32,406 bases of DNA from a candidate division TA06 bacterium SM23_40 (lineage in GTDB: Bacteria > LJUI01 > SM1-40): NCBI GenBank assembly GCA_001303705.1, contig LJUI01000011.1, forward strand, positions 1 through 32,406. The letters are read 5' to 3'. The notes beneath the pieces were generated by a model. The model saw nothing but the letters and a program-made list of their open reading frames with translations. It ran no database searches and had not been told where the DNA came from. Shown piece by piece: positions 8,857 to 16,222 of this stretch (position 1 is its first letter; each line of letters begins with the position of its first letter). The position numbers were made by a program, and so were the translations under genes.

Positions 8857-10124
8857 TAGCTAACCTCAGGGATGAATGAGATGCGGACCACCGTAATGCG
8901 GCGGCGGTCACCGACACCTTCTACCCGCAGCGTTAGGTCCTGGAAACGGAAGCTGTCGCCCGCTGCCGGGACACGGCCGGCAAGCACGAGGACGAGTCCG
9001 CCAACCGTGTCATATTCGGCTTCGGGGAATGTACGTCCGGTCAGGTCTTCGAGGTCATCAATGCTGAGCCGCGCATCGACGAGAATCGTGTTGGAATCGA
9101 TCCAACGGTAGCGCTCGGTAACAATATCGTGTTCGTCGATGATCTCCCCCACGATCTCCTCGAGAAGGTCTTCCAGGGTCACGAGGCCCGCAGTGCCGCC
9201 GTATTCATCAGTGACGATGGCGATATGGACCGCGAGCCGTTGGAACTCACGGAGCAGCTCGTGGATGGGTTTCGTCTCGGGGACAACGTACGCCTCCCTC
9301 GCGACACGTGAGACCGGTGCGGCGCCTGCGGCGCTCTGGATCAGGATATCCTTGACGTACGCCACTCCCGTGATGTGATCAGTGGTTCCCCGATACGTGG
9401 GAATGCGAGAGTGGTTGACCTCGCGCGCATATTCAAGTAGTTGGTCGGCAGTCGTCTCATCGCTGACGCAGCACATATCGATGCGCGGCGTCATGACTTC
9501 GCGTACCACCTTGCCGCCGAAGTCGAAGATCGCCTGGACGACATCCGCCTCATCCTCATCGAGAACTCCATATTCCTCCCCCAGACGCGCCATCATGCGT
9601 AGCTCACCTTCGGTCACCTGTTCCCTGTCGGTCCGGCCCACGGTGCGGGAAACAAGAGTGGCGAGGGCGGAGAAGACCGCGACGAACGGACTGGCTAGCT
9701 TCACGGCGACGGTGAGGAGGCCCACGACCCGGAGCGAGAACCGCTCGGCGCGGTGGACGGCATAGATCTTGGGGACCACCTCGCCGAAGATGAGAAGGAG
9801 GAATGTCATGCCGCCGATCGCCAGCGCGATGCCGCCCGATTCTGGGAGATGGAGGCGTTGGAAGGTGGTGACGATGAGGAACGTCGCCGCGGCGGAGGCG
9901 GCGACGTTGACGATGGTATTGCCGATGAGAAGCGTGATAAGGAGGCGGTGGGCCTCGCCCATGAGAGCAGCGAGGAGCTGCCCCCGGCGGCCCTGCTCAG
10001 CGCGAAGGTGTTGAATGCGGAGAGAAGGCAGGGAGAAGAGTGCTGTCTCCGAGCCGGAAAAGAAGGCCGAGAGTATGAGCAGACAGAACAGGTAAAAGAG
10101 ACTTATGAGTGGGTTATCGTCCAC
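8856..10124 (-). CDS. CNNM/HlyC-CorC family membrane protein (DUF21 + CBS + CorC), second paralog
   Basis: SAFFSGSETALFSL, LIFGEVVPK, VREVMTPR, DEYGGTAGLVTLEDLLEEIVGEI, YDTVGG. Confidence 0.92.
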   Translation of the reverse strand: MDDNPLISLFYLFCLLILSAFFSGSETALFSLPSLRIQHLRAEQGRRGQLLAALMGEAHRLLITLLIGNTIVNVAASAAATFLIVTTFQRLHLPESGGIALAIGGMTFLLLIFGEVVPKIYAVHRAERFSLRVVGLLTVAVKLASPFVAVFSALATLVSRTVGRTDREQVTEGELRMMARLGEEYGVLDEDEADVVQAIFDFGGKVVREVMTPRIDMCCVSDETTADQLLEYAREVNHSRIPTYRGTTDHITGVAYVKDILIQSAAGAAPVSRVAREAYVVPETKPIHELLREFQRLAVHIAIVTDEYGGTAGLVTLEDLLEEIVGEIIDEHDIVTERYRWIDSNTILVDARLSIDDLEDLTGRTFPEAEYDTVGGLVLVLAGRVPAAGDSFRFQDLTLRVEGVGDRRRITVVRISFIPEVS

Positions 10125-10170
10125 GGGGATCAGTTCTTCCGATCGACCGAGCCTGAGCGCGACGAGCTCG

Positions 10171-10635
10171 TCATTGAGCTAAAGGCTGGAGGTTCAGTTC
10201 GCGCATCAGCTGAAGGTATCGGGCCTCCTTCGACTTCATCTGCACCCGGTCGCTGTCCTCCTTGTGATCATATCCTAATAGGTGCAGCAATCCGTGAATG
10301 ACGAGCCTGGCGAGTTCCTCCGCGAGAGAGACCGAATATTCTTTCGCCTGGATGATCGCCCGATCGACGGAGACGTAGACCTCTCCCAATGTGTTCCATG
10401 AGCACCCGCCATTGTCGTCGTCCTGCAGCGAGAAGGCGAGGACATCGGTGACCTCCTCAACTCCAGCATACTTCGCATTGAGGTCGATGATGAACGGATC
10501 GTCGACAAAGATGATTCCCAGCTCTAGATCCGGGTCTTTTCGGCCTTCAGCACGGAGAATCGTTTCAACTAACTGCTTGGTCGATTCGCTGTCGATTCCG
10601 AGACGCTTCTGTGCGCTTTCTACGAACAGGTTCAC
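10171..10635 (-). CDS. ybeY: rRNA maturation endoribonuclease YbeY
   Basis: TDVLAF, LGEVYVS and the HGLLHLLGYDH metal motif. Probable GTG start at 10635 overlaps the 3' end of the HD gene by about 70 bp. Confidence 0.93.
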   Translation of the reverse strand: MNLFVESAQKRLGIDSESTKQLVETILRAEGRKDPDLELGIIFVDDPFIIDLNAKYAGVEEVTDVLAFSLQDDDNGGCSWNTLGEVYVSVDRAIIQAKEYSVSLAEELARLVIHGLLHLLGYDHKEDSDRVQMKSKEARYLQLMRELNLQPLAQ

Positions 10636-12871
10636 GTGGCTTCGCGCCCTCCGGTTGCGGGTATTCGAGTCTCGGATGGAAGACTCCGAGGAGCGTGGGC
10701 TCAAAACTCTCGGCGATCGCATGGAGATCTTTCATGGTGAGATCGCACTCGTCGAGTTCGGATTCGTCGAATTTCGCGCGGACGATGGAACGGATGAGGC
10801 CCCTGAGCCGGCTTGCTGTCGGATTATCCAGACTCCGCGCTGCCGCCTCAACGGAGTCGGCGAGCATGACGATCGCCGTCTCTCTCGACTGTGGACGAGG
10901 GCCGGGATATCGGAAATCCTGGTCTGAGACATCCTGGTCGGGATTCAACCGTTGGGCTTTGTCATAGAAGAACGACATAAGAGAGGTGCCGTGATGTTCG
11001 CGTATGAAATCGATAATCCGATTCGGTAAACCAGCCTTCTTGCCGAGGTCTACCCCATCCTTGACGTGGGCGAGGAGAACGAGGCTGCTCATCTTGGGAG
11101 TAACCTTCTCGTGGGGGCTGCGCGTCCCGCCCTGGTTCTCGACGAAATACTCCGGTTTTCGCATCTTCCCGACATCGTGGTAGTATGAACCGACGCGTGC
11201 GAGCAAGCTATCGGCGCCGATCGCTACGGCTGCTTTCTCGGCCAGCTGGCCGACGACCATGCTGTGATGGAACGAGCCCGGTGCCTGGACAGCCAGCTCG
11301 TGCAGGAGGGGATGATTGAGATCGGAGAGCTCGAGCAGTGTGATGCCCGTCGAAATGCCGAACAGGTGCTCGAAGATCGGGAGCAGGCCGATCGCGAGGA
11401 GGGCGGATGCTACGCCATTGGCAACCCCGAATAGATCCGCGCGGATGATATCTGTGGGTGGCGTGAACCGGATCAGCTCTATCGCCGTTATGACTGCGAC
11501 GTGCGCGAGGCAGATATAGAACATGGTGCGCAAGAGGTGGGATCGTCGTCTCAGCTTCCGGATCGTATATGCGCCTACCGTGCCTCCTGCTAGGAGGAGC
11601 AGAATGCCCGGCGCCTGGCCGCCCGAGAGGATCCCTACAAGGAAGCTGAGTGCAATGGTGAAGACGATGGCGAGTTCGGTGTCACAGAGGACTGCAACGA
11701 GAATGGATGCCATGCTCACCGGCACGAGGTACTGGAAGAAACCCGTGGAGACGGGGGATATCGATGCACTCACAAGTCGCTCGAGCCAGAGGATCAGGCC
11801 GGTGAGGACAATCGTGGTACAGCCGAGAATGGCTAGGAGCAGAAGCGTGGCATCGTTCTCGAACATCCTCTTCCTGAATATGGCGACATAGGCGGCAAGG
11901 AAGCCGAGGATCGCCGCGAAGATCGCATTCCGTCCGAGAAATGCGAGGATCTCCGCGTATCGCGGCCTGTTGGAACGGCGGGCGGCCTCGAGCGCACGGA
12001 GCCGTACCTCGATCTCCCGCGTCACGAGCTTGTGGGCCTCAGCAATCATCAGGCCCTCGGGCACGACCTCAGCGATTACTGGCACCGCCTCGCGCGCATC
12101 TTCGCGGAGCCGGTTCGTTTCGGTGACATCGACAGTGACGTTCGGCCTGAGAAACGCCGCTGTTACTTCGACCAGTGCGCCGACAAGCCGCTCGTCGTCC
12201 TGGAAGATCCGCACTGCTCGATCGTGTATCAGGCTCGCGGCCTCCCTCGAATCGAGGAAATCGCTCGCTTCGATGACTTCCTCCCCGCCCGGGATCCTGA
12301 GAAGAACGTTGCGGTCCGGGGTCGGGGAGATGAGTGACCTGTCGAGGATGAGGCCTCGGCCCAGCACTTCGCCGAGGAGGGATTCTGTTGCCGATTCCAA
12401 CTCTTCAGTGCGTAGTTGGAGGGCGGAGATCGCGGCCTCGGAGAGGGCGGGGCCGGACGCCGCAATCTGCGCGGCTTGCTCAGTGATAGGGAGGCGGTCT
12501 TCGGCTGCCTGTCTCAGGTGGGTGAAGAGCTGCCGGAGGCCTACAAGCGCTGAGTCGAGCACCGTGGGATCCAGATCGAGTCGTGGCAGCACCGCTGCTG
12601 CTGCTTCCTCACGCTCCCGCTCCAGCACCCCGGGTTCTTTCTCGACATAGAAGGTGAACGGAGCGACGATGTCCTTGGTGGCGATCTCTCCTTCACTGAA
12701 GACGACGGGCTCGAGACTGGTGCTCGGCATGAAGAGATTGGCCAGCACGAATATTCCTGCCACGATGAGCCACTTGCGCCACGAGGAGCGCACCCATGGC
12801 CGGCCGTCCCTGCGTCTCCAGGGTTCGAACAGCCGCTGCGCGTTCGGCGTGGATGTCCTCCGGGACCACAT
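10565..12871 (-). CDS. pgpH: 7TM-HD (HDIG) membrane phosphohydrolase, PgpH-like cyclic-di-AMP phosphodiesterase
   Basis: N-terminal TM, large extracytoplasmic domain, about 7 TM helices, LLELSDLNHPLL..APGSFHHS, YYHDVGK, PEYFVENQ, EHHGT, FRYPGPRPQSRETAIVMLADSVEAA. It lies between phoH and ybeY, as in Bacillus. The substrate is inferred. Confidence 0.88.
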   Translation of the reverse strand: MWSRRTSTPNAQRLFEPWRRRDGRPWVRSSWRKWLIVAGIFVLANLFMPSTSLEPVVFSEGEIATKDIVAPFTFYVEKEPGVLEREREEAAAAVLPRLDLDPTVLDSALVGLRQLFTHLRQAAEDRLPITEQAAQIAASGPALSEAAISALQLRTEELESATESLLGEVLGRGLILDRSLISPTPDRNVLLRIPGGEEVIEASDFLDSREAASLIHDRAVRIFQDDERLVGALVEVTAAFLRPNVTVDVTETNRLREDAREAVPVIAEVVPEGLMIAEAHKLVTREIEVRLRALEAARRSNRPRYAEILAFLGRNAIFAAILGFLAAYVAIFRKRMFENDATLLLLAILGCTTIVLTGLILWLERLVSASISPVSTGFFQYLVPVSMASILVAVLCDTELAIVFTIALSFLVGILSGGQAPGILLLLAGGTVGAYTIRKLRRRSHLLRTMFYICLAHVAVITAIELIRFTPPTDIIRADLFGVANGVASALLAIGLLPIFEHLFGISTGITLLELSDLNHPLLHELAVQAPGSFHHSMVVGQLAEKAAVAIGADSLLARVGSYYHDVGKMRKPEYFVENQGGTRSPHEKVTPKMSSLVLLAHVKDGVDLGKKAGLPNRIIDFIREHHGTSLMSFFYDKAQRLNPDQDVSDQDFRYPGPRPQSRETAIVMLADSVEAAARSLDNPTASRLRGLIRSIVRAKFDESELDECDLTMKDLHAIAESFEPTLLGVFHPRLEYPQPEGAKPREPVRRKRTEASRNRQRIDQAVS

Positions 12872-13836
12872 CAGCGATCTTCCCCTTTCCTTCCGTCGTA
12901 GCGTTCGTACGCTCTGATGATATCGGACACGAGACGATGCCGCACCACATCCAGCTCCGTGAGATAGACGAAGTGGACACCGCTGACGTCCCTCAGGATG
13001 TGCTGTATCTCGACGAGGCCAGATGCACAGCCTCTGGGGAGGTCGATCTGAGTGATATCGCCGGTGATCACGGCCTTCGAACCGAACCCGAGGCGCGTGA
13101 GGAACATCTTCATCTGCATGCCGGTGGTGTTCTGAGCCTCATCGAGAATGATGAAGGAGTCGTTGAGTGTCCTGCCGCGCATGTATGCGAGCGGTGCGAC
13201 CTCGATCAGCCGCATGTCGAGGTAGCGCCGCATGCGATCGGCAGGGAGCATGTCGTAGAGCGCATCATACAGGGGACGCAAGTAGGGATCGATCTTCTCG
13301 TGATAGTCTCCCGGCAGGTAGCCCAGGTTTTCCCCGGCCTCTACAGCGGGACGCGCCAGTATGATGCGCTCGGCCGTCCGTTTCTGGAGGGCGGCGACAG
13401 CAAGGGCGACAGCGAGATATGTCTTGCCGGTTCCCGCAGGGCCGATCCCCACGACGAGATCATGTTCGGTTATGGCGTCGACATACTCCCGTTGGCCGAC
13501 AGATCGCGCCCTGATCGGTCCACGGGGCGTGGAGAGGATGACTGACTCCCGGTACAGGTTGGAGAGTCGCTCCTCGTCTTTTTCCTTTACCATGTTGATT
13601 GCGTAGATGACATCTTGCTCCCCCACGACTCCACCCCGCTTCACCTGGGTCATGAGGAGCGTGATGAGTGACGTCACGCGCTCGGCCTCTTCCTTCTTGC
13701 CCTCGACCATCACCTCCTCGCCACGCACGACGATCCTCGCGTCGAATTCCTCCTCCATCAGCCGGAGGTTGTGATCGTTCTGACCGAAAAGATCGAGATG
13801 TCTGATTCCCGATAGGGAGAGACGCCTCCTGATCAT
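12871..13836 (-). CDS. phoH: PhoH-family ATPase (YbeZ-like)
   Basis: GPAGTGKTYLA, RPAVEAGENLGYLPGD, APLAYMRGRTL, ILDEAQN, KMFLTRLG, DVVRH. Confidence 0.96.
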   Translation of the reverse strand: MIRRRLSLSGIRHLDLFGQNDHNLRLMEEEFDARIVVRGEEVMVEGKKEEAERVTSLITLLMTQVKRGGVVGEQDVIYAINMVKEKDEERLSNLYRESVILSTPRGPIRARSVGQREYVDAITEHDLVVGIGPAGTGKTYLAVALAVAALQKRTAERIILARPAVEAGENLGYLPGDYHEKIDPYLRPLYDALYDMLPADRMRRYLDMRLIEVAPLAYMRGRTLNDSFIILDEAQNTTGMQMKMFLTRLGFGSKAVITGDITQIDLPRGCASGLVEIQHILRDVSGVHFVYLTELDVVRHRLVSDIIRAYERYDGRKGEDR

Positions 13837-13852
13837 GTACTTCCTTTCTCAG

Positions 13853-13897
13853 AAAGCAAAGCTCTCGGCCTCCGTCAGGCTGAAGAAGCCAAGAGCT
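13853..13897 (-). terminator. Imperfect hairpin plus weak U-tract between the LysM gene and phoH (partial terminator or stabiliser)
   Basis: Minus strand AGCUCUUGGCUUCUUCAG..CUGACGGAGGCCGAGAGCU followed by UUGCUUU. Three mismatches become G-U pairs only on the coding strand. Confidence 0.5.
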
Positions 13898-13960
13898 CTG
13901 ATTCGAGCCAGGCCCTCACCATGTGGCCACTCCTCAGCATGAAGAGTCCACACGCAAGGT

Positions 13961-14572
13961 CTAGTCCCTTGGAATTACAAATACTTGACCGGGATAGATG
14001 AGATCTGGGTCCTTGATCTTGTCCTTATTGGCGTTGTAGATCGTCGGCCATTTCCTGTGATCGTTGTAGATCTCCCAGTACCCGGCGATCTTGGCCAACC
14101 ACTCATCTTGGACTACCCGGTGCTTCATCGGTTTCCCTCGCGGAATGACGAGCATCTGCTTGGGATAGATGAGGTTCGGATCGTCGATCTTGTCCCTGTT
14201 CGCCCGGTAGAGCCGCGGCCAGCGCCCCTTGTGGTTGTAGACGTAGCGGTACCCGGCGATCTTGCCCAGGTACTCGCCCTCCACGACAGTGTGCTCGGTC
14301 TTGTACTTGGCGATCTCTGCCTCGAACTGATCCATTTCCTTCTTCAGGGTGGCGACTTTCTTAGCAATCGGACCAAGCTCGGCCTCGCACTCGTCGAGGA
14401 GCATTTGCTCGGCCGCTATCATCGCCTTGGCGTCGGCCTCCCTCGCCCGGTATTCGGCAATCATGCGCTCGACGTCCTCGCGGGACATTCTCTCCTCTGC
14501 CATACCAGTCGCGGCGAAGGCGAGGAGACACGAGAGGACGAGGAAGACAGTCAGAACTTTCTTCATCGTCAT
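13961..14572 (-). CDS. Secreted coiled-coil protein with two LysM peptidoglycan-binding domains
   Basis: Start at ATG 14572 (AAAGGAG RBS). Signal peptide, about 65-aa coiled coil, then two repeats HxVVxxExLxKIAGY...WPxxYxANxDKIxDPxLIYPxQxxVIPR. Confidence 0.9.
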   Translation of the reverse strand: MTMKKVLTVFLVLSCLLAFAATGMAEERMSREDVERMIAEYRAREADAKAMIAAEQMLLDECEAELGPIAKKVATLKKEMDQFEAEIAKYKTEHTVVEGEYLGKIAGYRYVYNHKGRWPRLYRANRDKIDDPNLIYPKQMLVIPRGKPMKHRVVQDEWLAKIAGYWEIYNDHRKWPTIYNANKDKIKDPDLIYPGQVFVIPRD

Positions 14573-14624
14573 TTTACCCAGCTCCTTTCGCAGAAGGAAC
14601 GAGTGGCCTCTATGCCTCGACATC

Positions 14625-14894
14625 CTAGTATCCTGCCTCGAGGAGGTCGAGTTTCTTCTTGAGCTCGTCCCTCTCCGCCTTCATATCCTTCAACATCTCG
14701 GACTTCGTTTCGAGCTCTTCCTCGCAGGCCATCCGCTCCTCTTCGAGTGCCTTCGCTTCCGCTTCCGCGGCCAGGGCGGCAGCCTTCGCCTCTTCGAGCT
14801 CCTGTAGCTTCTCCTTTGATACTCCTGCACAGCCAAACAGGCCGAATAGGAAGAAACCCAGGATTGCCAGGTGAAGGAGCCCAAACTTGCGCAT
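14625..14894 (-). CDS. Small coiled-coil lipoprotein
   Basis: GGAGG RBS; lipoprotein signal ending LFG-C22; 68-aa mature chain that is almost entirely heptad-patterned and A/E/K/L-rich. Confidence 0.85.
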   Translation of the reverse strand: MRKFGLLHLAILGFFLFGLFGCAGVSKEKLQELEEAKAAALAAEAEAKALEEERMACEEELETKSEMLKDMKAERDELKKKLDLLEAGY

Positions 14895-14944
14895 GGAAAC
14901 ACCTCCCTTCTGGAGTAGTGTACGCGTTGATCCGGGTTAAGCAA

Positions 14945-14983
14945 ACATTAGCTGCAAACGCCCACAGTGTCAAGACTTTTTTT
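14945..14983 (-). promoter_or_regulatory. Sigma70-type promoter with an upstream A-tract for the lipoprotein-LysM-phoH cluster
   Basis: Minus strand A7 tract (14983-14977), TTGACA (14973-14968), 17-nt spacer, TAATGT (14950-14945). Confidence 0.7.
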
Positions 14984-14991
14984 CGGCGGCC

Positions 14992-15079
14992 CCCCCGGGG
15001 ACGTTGGTAGGTTCAGAAGGTTACGATCGGGGACGCCCCCGGGGACGTTGGTAGGTTCAGAAGGTTATGATCCGGGACG
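14992..15079 (+). repeat. Two tandem 44-bp copies of the GGGGACGTTGGTAGGTTCAGAAGGTTA repeat unit
   Basis: CCCCCGGGGACGTTGGTAGGTTCAGAAGGTTAYGATCSGGGACG at 14992-15035 and 15036-15079 (42/44 identical). Confidence 0.92.
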
Positions 15080-15164
15080 TACCGGGAATGGGGGGCTACC
15101 GGGCCTTCCAGGGCGTTCTGAGGGAGAGATCGGGCGGCAGAGGCCATCAATGCCCCGCAGGGGC

Positions 15165-15218
15165 GTATCTCGCCGAGACGGTAGCCTGACTGTGGGGGGG
15201 GGGGTATCTCGCCGAGAC
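15165..15218. repeat. Two identical 15-bp palindrome-containing boxes GTATCTCGCCGAGAC with a G11 tract between them
   Basis: Copies at 15165-15179 and 15204-15218 (39-bp period); core TCTCG-C-CGAGA; G11 at 15194-15204. Confidence 0.85.
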
Positions 15219-15246
15219 AGAAATAGGCCAGGACACTCCGAACCCA

Positions 15247-15275
15247 TTGACGCTGACCGGCTTCGCTGCTATACT
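15247..15275 (+). promoter_or_regulatory. Sigma70-type promoter for suhB
   Basis: TTGACG (15247-15252), 17-nt spacer ending TGC (extended -10), TATACT (15270-15275). Confidence 0.75.
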
Positions 15276-15395
15276 GCAATAATGGTATGGCCGTCCGGGT
15301 CGCTGTCAGAGCGTACTGGGGCTGCAGCCCGGGGTGTGGGCTGGACGGCGGGGCGGCAAAAGCACGGCAGATAGGGGACATAGAGAGGAGAATCG

Positions 15396-16196
15396 ATGGG
15401 CGAGGAATCGGTCCTGAGACTCTTCGGCACGGCGAGGCTCGCTGCTGAGGAGGCTGGTCGCATTCTACTCAGCGGATTCGGGAAGGCTGAGCAGATCGAT
15501 CATAAGGGTGCAGTCGATCTGGTGACCGAATACGATCGGGCTGCGGAGGAGGCGATCGTCAATGTGATCCGCGCGCGCCATCCTGACCACGCGATCGTCG
15601 CGGAAGAAGGCCACGGCGCGGAAGGCCGATCTCCGTGGCGCTGGTTCGTCGATCCGCTCGATGGGACGACGAACTATGCTCATGGGTACCCGTGCTTTAG
15701 CGTTTCGATAGCCGCTGAGCATGCAGGCCAGACTGTGCTGGGAGTGGTGCACGATCCCCTGCACAAGGAGGCGTTCACCGCCGTGCGGGGCGAGGGGGCA
15801 CTCCTCAACGGGAACCCGATCCGCGTCTCTCGAACAGATGAGCTCTCTGAAAGCCTGTTGGCCACTGGATTTCCCTATGATGTGAGGGTCCATAAGGACA
15901 ACAATCTCAATCATTTCGGATCATTCGTCGTCAGGGCTCAGGCTGTGAGGCGTGATGGGTCGGCGGCTCTCGACCTCTGCTACGTGGCGGCTGGCCGGTT
16001 CGACGGGTTCTGGGAACTGAAGCTCGCCCCGTGGGATGTGGCGGCGGGTACGCTCATCGTTCTGGAGGCTGGCGGTCGTATCACTGACTTCTCAGGTGAG
16101 AGTGAAGAGATAGACGGGCGGGAGATAGTGGCCTCGAATGGCCTGATCCACGACGCGATGCTATCTGTCCTCGCGGCAGGCCAGGCGGGAGAGTAG
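15396..16196 (+). CDS. suhB: Inositol monophosphatase family protein SuhB
   Basis: DLVTEYD, AEEG, WFVDPLDGTTNYAHG, ATGFPY, RRDGSAALDLCYVAAGRFDGFWE..L.PWDVAAG; GAGGAG RBS. Confidence 0.94.
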   Translation: MGEESVLRLFGTARLAAEEAGRILLSGFGKAEQIDHKGAVDLVTEYDRAAEEAIVNVIRARHPDHAIVAEEGHGAEGRSPWRWFVDPLDGTTNYAHGYPCFSVSIAAEHAGQTVLGVVHDPLHKEAFTAVRGEGALLNGNPIRVSRTDELSESLLATGFPYDVRVHKDNNLNHFGSFVVRAQAVRRDGSAALDLCYVAAGRFDGFWELKLAPWDVAAGTLIVLEAGGRITDFSGESEEIDGREIVASNGLIHDAMLSVLAAGQAGE

Positions 16197-16222
16197 TGCG
16201 CGAGGGGGGTGCGATCCGACGC

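Noticed and set aside
13975..14290. 171-bp-period DNA repeat
   Set aside because: Explained by the two tandem LysM domains.
14992..15079. CRISPR array
   Set aside because: Only two units, the intervening sequences are near-identical rather than unique spacers, there are no cas genes, and other copies are inverted and dispersed.
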